From positions 13,189 through 77,188 of the forward strand of contig DATAFO010000036.1 in the NCBI GenBank assembly GCA_036257465.1: a DNA stretch of 64,000 nt, read 5' to 3'. Shown here one piece after another: positions 57,818 to 64,000 of the stretch. Both the position numbers and the translations under genes were made by a program. The DNA comes from Solirubrobacterales bacterium (GTDB taxonomy: Bacteria; Actinomycetota; Thermoleophilia; Solirubrobacterales; 70-9). The notes under the pieces are model-generated. The model was not told the origin of the DNA. It saw only the letters and a program-made list of their open reading frames with translations, and made no database searches. Position 1 is the stretch's first letter. Each line of letters opens with the position of its first letter.

Positions 57818-59216
57818 TCGCCTCCAGTCCAGGCAGCGCGCAAGGGGATCTCGATTCAGCGATCGCCGGGACGCGGGCCGGGCGCTTGCTCGCGAGCTTG
57901 AGAGCTTCGCCGAGCGCGATCCCGTGGTCGTCGCCCTACCGCGCGGCGGGGTGCCGGTGGGCTACGAGGTGGCGAAGGCACTCGACGCGCCGCTCGACAT
58001 CGGCCTGGTGCGCAAGCTGGGAGCGCCGATGCAACCCGAGCTCGGGATTGGAGCGCTGGGCGAGGGCGGGCGGGCGGTGCTCGACACGGCCGCTGTGAAC
58101 AAGCTCCGGATCTCTCGCGAGGAGCTCGCCGAGATCGTCGAGCGCGAACAACGCGAGCTCGAGCGCCGCCGACGTCGCTACCGTCCCACGCACCCGCCGA
58201 TCGACGTCAACCGGCGGACGGTCATCCTCGTCGACGACGGGCTCGCGACCGGCGTCACCGCCGTCGCCGCCGCCCGCGTGCTGCGGGCACAGGGCGCTCG
58301 CGAGGTGATCCTCGCCGTTCCGACCTGCCCTCGGCACGTCGGTGTCGAGCTGCGAGCGGAGTTCGACGGCTTCGTGTGCCTGACCTCGCCCGACCCGTTC
58401 TACGGCGTCGGAGGCGCATACGTGGACTTCACCCAGACGACGGACCGCGAGGTGCTGGAGTTGCTCGCAGCAGCAAACGGGCGAGCCGGCGAGGCCGCGG
58501 GCTCGGTGCGGAGCGGCGATGACGCCGCCGCCATCACCGAGACGGACCTTGCGATTCCCGCCCGCGACGGCCTCGAGCTCAAGGGAACGCTGCGGGTGCC
58601 CGCGGACCCGGTCGGGCTCGTCATCTTCGTCCACGGCAGTGGCTCGAGTCGGCTGAGCCCGCGCAACCGCGCCGTCGCCGAGCGCCTCAACGTGGAGGGT
58701 CTGGCGACTCTCCTCTTCGACCTTCTCACCGAAGACGAGGCTCGGACCCGCGCCAACGTCTTCGACGTCGACCTGCTCGCCGACCGTCTCGTTGGCGCGC
58801 ACCGCTGGGTGGAGGGAGCCCCGGAGGTCGGGGGCCTGCCGGTCGGCCTCTTCGGCGCGTCGACCGGCGCCGCGGCTGCTCTTCGTGCGGCGGCGGAGCC
58901 AGGGGAGCGTGTTGCCGCGGTCGCCTCCCGGGGCGGTCGTCCCGATCTCGCCGCGTCGGCGCTTCCACACGTCACCGCGCCGACACTGCTCATCGTCGGC
59001 GGCGAGGATCGCACGGTGCTGGAGCTCAACCGGCAGGCCGCGCGCATGCTCGGCGGACAGCACGAGGTTGCCGTCGTCCCGGGGGCCGGGCACCTGTTCG
59101 AGGAGCCCGGGGCGCTCGAGCACGTGTCGCGCCTGGCGGCCACATGGTTCACGGAGCACTTCGCGAGCGCGTCGACGAAGCACCGACAGACGACTGCCGC
59201 CGGCGAAGGGCGATGA
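57810..59216 (+). CDS. phosphoribosyltransferase-domain / dienelactone-hydrolase-type alpha/beta hydrolase fusion
   Basis: The PRTase-like part has [12 protein letters not shown]...[12 protein letters not shown] and [13 protein letters not shown]. The hydrolase part has [30 protein letters not shown] and LIVGGEDR...GAGHLFEE. The start is provisional (GTG 57810). Confidence 0.8.
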   Translation: MSSRLQSRQRARGSRFSDRRDAGRALARELESFAERDPVVVALPRGGVPVGYEVAKALDAPLDIGLVRKLGAPMQPELGIGALGEGGRAVLDTAAVNKLRISREELAEIVEREQRELERRRRRYRPTHPPIDVNRRTVILVDDGLATGVTAVAAARVLRAQGAREVILAVPTCPRHVGVELRAEFDGFVCLTSPDPFYGVGGAYVDFTQTTDREVLELLAAANGRAGEAAGSVRSGDDAAAITETDLAIPARDGLELKGTLRVPADPVGLVIFVHGSGSSRLSPRNRAVAERLNVEGLATLLFDLLTEDEARTRANVFDVDLLADRLVGAHRWVEGAPEVGGLPVGLFGASTGAAAALRAAAEPGERVAAVASRGGRPDLAASALPHVTAPTLLIVGGEDRTVLELNRQAARMLGGQHEVAVVPGAGHLFEEPGALEHVSRLAATWFTEHFASASTKHRQTTAAGEGR

Positions 59217-60558
59217 CCGTTCGGGCGTTGCGCGGACGCCGCGAGTTGTTGCTCGCCGCCATCCGCGACGAGGCCATGCCGTTGACAGGGGCGCCGGGAG
59301 ACCATGACGGCCTCCTCGAGCTGATCGGCGACGCGCGCCTCGTGCTGATCGGAGAGGCGTCGCACGGAACGCACGAGTTCTACCGCCAGCGGGCGGTGAT
59401 CACCAAGCGGTTGATCGAGGAGCACGGCTTCGACGCCGTTGCCGTGGAGGCCGACTGGCCCGATGCCCACAGGGTCACCCGCTTCATACACGGGGCCGAC
59501 GACGACCCGGACGCAGAGGCCGCTCTGCGCGGCTTTCAGCGCTTCCCGACCTGGATGTGGCGCAACGCGGACGTGCTCGACTTCGTCGGATGGCTGCGCG
59601 CTCGAGCGGAGGAGGGGAGCCGGCCCGTCGGCTTCTTCGGCCTCGACCTCTACAGCCTCTACCGCTCGATCGAGTCGGTGATCGACTACCTGGAGCGAAT
59701 CGATCCCGACGCGGCGCGGCGAGCCCGGCTGCGCTATGCGTGCTTCGACCCCTTCGAGGAGAGCAGCGCTACGGACAGGCGGTGGCGATGGGGCTGTCCG
59801 ACTCGTGTCGGCGGGAGGTCCTGCAGCAGCTGATCGACCTCCAGCGGGCCGGCGACACCTATCTGCGCCGCGACGGGATCGCCGCCGAGGACGAGCTGTT
59901 CTATGCCGAGCAGAACGCTCGCCTGGTGGTCGAAGCCGAGTGTTACTACCGCTCGATGTTCGAAGGGGCTGCGGCGTCGTGGAACCTGCGCGACCGCCAC
60001 ATGGCGGAGACGCTCGATCAGCTGCTCGCCCACCTCGACCGGCACGGCGGCGACTCGCGGATCGTCGTCTGGGCTCACAACTCTCACATCGGGGACGCGC
60101 GGCGCACCGAGATGTCGCGACGTGGCGAGCTCAACCTGGGCCAATTCGTCCGCGAGCGCCACGGCGCAGACGCATTCCTGATCGGGTTCACAACGTACGC
60201 CGGAACGGTCAGCGCGGCCTCGGATTGGGACGGTCCGGTCGAGCGCAAGCGCGTGCGCCCGGCGCTTCCGCACAGCTACGAGGAGCTCTTCCACGCGGTT
60301 GCGCTTGGAGACTTCATGCTCAACCTCCGCTCGGTGGGCCCGGCGCCAGCTGCGCTTCACGGGCCCCTGCTCGAACGCGCGATCGGGGTCATCTACCGCC
60401 CGGAGACGGAGCGGCAGAGCCACTACCTGCACGCCAACCTCGCGGAGCAGTTCGATGCGGTCCTGCACTTCGACCACACGCGCGCGGTCGAACCGCTCGA
60501 GCCCACCGCAGGCTGGGTGCGCGGCGAGCCCCCCGAGACTTACCCGACAGCGCTGTGA
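59213..60558 (+). pseudogene. erythromycin-esterase-family protein with a 1-nt frameshift
   Basis: ATGA overlap with the previous gene. [31 protein letters not shown] and FGLDLYSL...ACFDPFEE are followed by a frame switch at about 59759-59763. The second frame reads [11 protein letters not shown]...VVWAHNSHIGD...GVIYRPE. The length of 1346 nt is not divisible by 3. Confidence 0.8.
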
Positions 60559-60583
60559 ACGCGGGTCGCCGGAGATCGCGGCC

Positions 60584-61781
60584 ATGACGTCGAGCTTCCG
60601 GCTCGGTCGGCTGGCCGGGGTCGAGATCGGCATCCACTGGAGCTGGGCGATGATCTTCGCCCTCATCGTCTGGTCGCTTGCCGACGCCGTGTTCCCGGAG
60701 ACGAATCCGGGCCTGGGCGACGGCACGTACGTCGGGATGGCCCTGGTCGCCGTGCTTGCGTTCTTCGCGTCGCTGCTCCTACATGAGCTTGGTCACGCGA
60801 CCCGCGCCACCAAGGAGGGAATGGAGATCGAGGGAATCACCCTGTGGTTGTTCGGCGGCGTCGCCCGCTTTCGTGGCTTGTTTCCCTCCGCCGGAGCGGA
60901 GTTTCGGATCGCGATCGCCGGGCCGATCGTCTCCCTGCTGATCGGGGCTGTCACCCTCGCGGTCGCGCTGCTGCTGCCACTGCCCAACGCCGTCGACGGC
61001 GTCCTCTTCTGGCTCGGCTACATCAATCTCGCCGTCTTGGTCTTCAACTTGATGCCCGCGCTTCCTCTTGGACGGCGGCCGGATGTTGCGGTCGGTCCTC
61101 TGGGCGCGCAAAGGCGACTTCCTCGAGGCGACTCGCACGGCCGCGCTCATCGCGCGCGGCTTCGCGCAGTTCCTGATCGCCTTCGGTGCCCTCACCGTGG
61201 TGCTCGGCGGGGCCATCGGGGGCCTGTGGCTGATCTTCATCGGCTGGTTCCTGCTGGCGGCGGCAGAGGCCGAGCGCGTGGGTGCGGAGACGCACGAGGC
61301 CCTGAGCGGTATCCACGTCGAAGACGTGATGGTCAAAAGCCCCGTTTGCGTCGATCCGGAGCTGGCGCTCGATCAGTTCATGGAGCAGTTCTTCTTTCCC
61401 CACCGACACGTCGCCTATCCGGTTCTGGACGACGGCCGACCCGTGGGCCTGATCTCGTTTCGCTCGGTGCTCGCCCTGCCGCCCGAGTCGTGGTCGGGCC
61501 GGCGAGTCAGAGACGTCATGGTCCCCCTGGAGCGGCTCCCGGTCCTCAGCCCCAGCACCCCCTTGGAGCCTGCGGTGGCGCAGCTCAGTCGCACGGAGTC
61601 GAACCGGGCGCTGGTCCTCGATGGCGACGAGATGGCCGGCCTGCTTTCGATCACCGATGCCACGCGCGTGATCGAGGCCCGAAGGGCGAGCCGGATCGAA
61701 GCGGCAAACGGACAGCCGGCAGCCGGCCCTGAGGACGGGCCCGCTCCCGCTCCCCACCGCGAGCCGGTGACGTCTCGATGA
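60584..61781 (+). pseudogene. M50 (site-2 protease family) membrane metalloprotease with a C-terminal CBS pair, 1-nt frameshift
   Basis: LLHELGHA (HExxH) and FNLMPALPL are followed by one extra base at about 61067-61071. The second frame reads DGGRMLRSVLW (the LDG motif), then CBS repeats VEDVMVKSP...PVLDDGRPVGLISFRSV and VRDVMVP...LVLDGDEMAGLLSITD. The length is 1198 nt. Confidence 0.8.
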
Positions 61782-62080
61782 CCACCATTCGCCAGGTGAT
61801 CGGCCGGCACGGCTACTTCGCCCACGGGGGCAACCCCGATGACGCGAGTCAGACCTGGGCCGAATCGGGGTTCGGTGCGGATGAGGTGGAGGAGTGGCTG
61901 AGGGCGCGGTGCTTTCACCCGAGTACCGCGAGGGACCTCGCCGACGCCGGCGTGACCCCGGAGCTGGCGTCGGTGAAGACGACAGGGGGGCGCGGCGACT
62001 ACGTGGACACCGTCGGCTTCAAGGTGGCCGACAGCGACCTCGAGGTCGAGGAGGCGCGCCACTTGTTGGGCGTGACCTGA
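61778..62080 (+). CDS. hypothetical protein (100 aa)
   Basis: ATGA overlap with the M50 gene and protein-like composition. No family recognised. Confidence 0.4.
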   Translation: MTTIRQVIGRHGYFAHGGNPDDASQTWAESGFGADEVEEWLRARCFHPSTARDLADAGVTPELASVKTTGGRGDYVDTVGFKVADSDLEVEEARHLLGVT

Positions 62081-62103
62081 CAGCAAGAGACAAGGAGCAG
62101 ACG

Positions 62104-62526
62104 ATGACCCAGGTAGACGTGATCGATCGCAGCGTCGAGAAGGCACACATCTGGCTGAACGAGCTGGCCTCAGAGCTTGGCGTCGAGGACCGCAGGGCGG
62201 CTTACCGCGTCCTGCGGGCGTTCCTGCACGCCGTGCGCGATCGGCTGACCGTCAACGAGGCGGCGCAGCTCGCCGCCCAGCTTCCGGAGCTGATCCGAGG
62301 CATCTACTACGAGAACTGGGTTCCCGCGCGGACTCCGATGCGATACCGCAACGTCGATGAGTTCCTGCGCCGGATCGCCGACGAGGCTCTGCTGGAGGGG
62401 GAGACCGAGGCGTCGTACGCATGCACGGCCGCGGCGCGGGTCCTGCGCCGGCACGTCTCCGAGGGCGAGCTGGAGGATGTCCTGGCGGTGCTGCCCGAGG
62501 ACTTGCGCGCGCTGGTCGCCGCTTGA
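62104..62526 (+). CDS. DUF2267 domain protein
   Basis: VEKAHIWLNELASELGVEDRRAAYRVLRAFLHAVRDRLTVNEAAQLAAQLPELIRGIYYENW fits DUF2267. Start is ATG 62104 inside a longer ORF. Confidence 0.7.
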   Translation: MTQVDVIDRSVEKAHIWLNELASELGVEDRRAAYRVLRAFLHAVRDRLTVNEAAQLAAQLPELIRGIYYENWVPARTPMRYRNVDEFLRRIADEALLEGETEASYACTAAARVLRRHVSEGELEDVLAVLPEDLRALVAA

Positions 62527-62545
62527 GCACCCGCGGCGGCGCTCG

Positions 62546-63076
62546 CTACACCCGCGGCAGGTCGGAGAAGTCCGTGTCGTGAGTCGAGTCTCGGTGCTGG
62601 CAGATGTCGGCGACCCGGGGCTCGACGACACGAAGCAGATCCCTGGGATCCACCGCCAGGGCGTGACGATGGTCGCCAGCCGCGCACAGCAGACGGTCGA
62701 CGTAGAGAAGGTGGACGTCGACCACCTCGGGTGCCGGAAGCATCGGACCGAGGGGCGGCAGAGCCCCGACCTCGAAGCTCGAGAAGTCACGCGCCATCTC
62801 CGCCTCGGTCGCAAGCCGCAGGTGGCTGCTGGCGCCCAGTGCTTCGCGCGCTCGGGCGAGGTCGAGTTGCCGAGAGGCCGGGATCACCGCGAGACGGTAG
62901 CCGGGGCGATCGTGGAGTGCGAGGGTCTTCGCCATCGCGTTGGGATCCACTCCGGTCGCGCGGGCCTCGTCGACGGCGGCGAACGTCTCGGGGTGCTCGA
63001 CGACGTCGTACGAGACCTGCCGAGAGTCGAGCCACTCCACGACAGCTTCGAGGGCCGGCGTGCGATCAGCTTCCAT
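62546..63076 (-). CDS. YbaK/EbsC-type aminoacyl-tRNA editing (deacylase) domain protein
   Basis: YDVVEHPETFAAVDEARATGVDPNAMAKTLAL...YRLAVIPASRQLDL...FEVGALPPLGP. The start is ATG 63076, or 63109. Confidence 0.7.
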   Translation of the reverse strand: MEADRTPALEAVVEWLDSRQVSYDVVEHPETFAAVDEARATGVDPNAMAKTLALHDRPGYRLAVIPASRQLDLARAREALGASSHLRLATEAEMARDFSSFEVGALPPLGPMLPAPEVVDVHLLYVDRLLCAAGDHRHALAVDPRDLLRVVEPRVADICQHRDSTHDTDFSDLPRV

Positions 63077-63198
63077 CTTGCTAGGCGTCCTATCTCTGAT
63101 CAGCGACATGATCTCGGATTCTCCGACACATTGCCCTCGTCGTTGCGCGATGCGGCGTCGAATGGGCGGCGGCAGCGCCGTCTGGTTACGTTGGCCAG

Positions 63199-63978
63199 AT
63201 GCGCGTGCTCCATCTCGCCCCGCATCCGGACGACGAGATCCTCGGCGCTGGAGCGACGCTCCTGGCGCTGCTGCAAGCTGGCCATGAGGTGACCAACCTC
63301 GCCATCTCGCTGGGCCGGCGCGGCGATCGTGAGCGTCGGCGGCGCGAGCTCGAGCGTGCATGCGGGCAACTCGGACTTCCACTCGAGATCCTGGAGCCTC
63401 CGCTCGACATGTCGAGCGCAGAGGGAGATGATCTGGACGCGGCCAGGCAGCGAATGGATGCCGCCCTGCACGAGCGCATTCAGGCGTGCGACCTCGTGAT
63501 CGCGCCATCCCCGCACGACCAGCACCCGGGCCACGAGCTGGTCGGCCGCGCCGCTACGAGCGCCGTAGCGCAGCCGTCGGCCGACCCCCCACGGCTATGG
63601 CTTTGGAGCATATGGTCTCCGCTCGCCCTCCCGACCACCATCACCGGCTTCGACGAGCCGGTGATGCTCCGGCTCGATGGTGCCTTACGCGCGCACCGCA
63701 GCCAACTTGAGCGCAACGGCTACGACAGGCTGCTCCGCGCGAAGGCAACCACGGACGCCGTCCTGGGTCCGGAGCTGGTGCTCGGATTCGCCGGGTCCCG
63801 TCTCGAGCACCCGTATGCCGAGCTGACGTGCGAGCTCGTCAGAGCGGGGGAGAAGTGGCTGCTCGGCGCGTCGCGCGAGCTGGACCCGGCCCAGCCGTTC
63901 CCGTCGCCGACGAGCGTCGACCCGAGCAACTGGATCGCCGCGCCCTCGGGTAGGGCGTTACTGGGGGCCTCGCGCTGA
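63199..63978 (+). CDS. PIG-L/LmbE-family N-acetylglucosaminyl deacetylase
   Basis: MRVLHLAPHPDDEILGAGATL (PIG-L zinc motif), HDQHPGH, and AHRSQ. Confidence 0.85.
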   Translation: MRVLHLAPHPDDEILGAGATLLALLQAGHEVTNLAISLGRRGDRERRRRELERACGQLGLPLEILEPPLDMSSAEGDDLDAARQRMDAALHERIQACDLVIAPSPHDQHPGHELVGRAATSAVAQPSADPPRLWLWSIWSPLALPTTITGFDEPVMLRLDGALRAHRSQLERNGYDRLLRAKATTDAVLGPELVLGFAGSRLEHPYAELTCELVRAGEKWLLGASRELDPAQPFPSPTSVDPSNWIAAPSGRALLGASR

Positions 63979-64000
63979 GTCCTGTCCCGCTGGTGCTCGC

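Overview
High-G+C DNA (by eye about 70%, with strong G/C bias at third codon positions) that looks like an actinobacterial chromosome. Supporting genes are an MMPL transporter, a WS/DGAT, an LLM/F420-type oxidoreductase, a long actinobacterial-type transaldolase and many Actinomycetota-typical DUFs. A Rubrobacteria- or Thermoleophilia-like lineage is possible but low confidence. I recognised no rRNA, tRNA, CRISPR array, transposase, integrase, phage gene or known defence system. Positions 1.5-12 kb hold an intact, unusually complete sugar-phosphate block: ROK glucokinase, zwf, gnd, pgl, rpiA, tkt, tal, pgi. From about 12.6 kb the content becomes a stress, anaerobic and dormancy-type repertoire. 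It includes five SQR-superfamily flavoproteins, universal stress proteins, a hemerythrin-qNOR pair, a K+ channel, GH65 phosphorylase with beta-PGM, and a TreT-like trehalose synthase. It also includes a WS/DGAT, PEP synthase, an NAD-type formate dehydrogenase with an FNT channel, four CBS-pair genes around a GNAT/ADP-forming acyl-CoA synthetase fusion, an ArsR-DUF2892-MMPL-SQR operon, a PRTase-hydrolase fusion, an erythromycin-esterase-like gene and an M50/CBS protease. The main observations follow. (1) About eleven genes between 20.6 and 61.8 kb are disrupted by 1-nt indels, two in-frame TAA codons, internal deletions or truncations, while the housekeeping block is intact. (2) The intact SQR-like paralogues lack the redox cysteines, and the two that keep them are broken. 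(3) A small 2-TM gene that sits in front of a flavoprotein gene and a USP recurs as one intact and two decayed or partial copies. (4) A 26-nt copy of the qNOR start region sits in front of the K+ channel and creates a 7-codon uORF. (5) The gene content resembles the mycobacterial DosR dormancy regulon, but no regulator is visible. All calls come from reading the translations; no database search was run.
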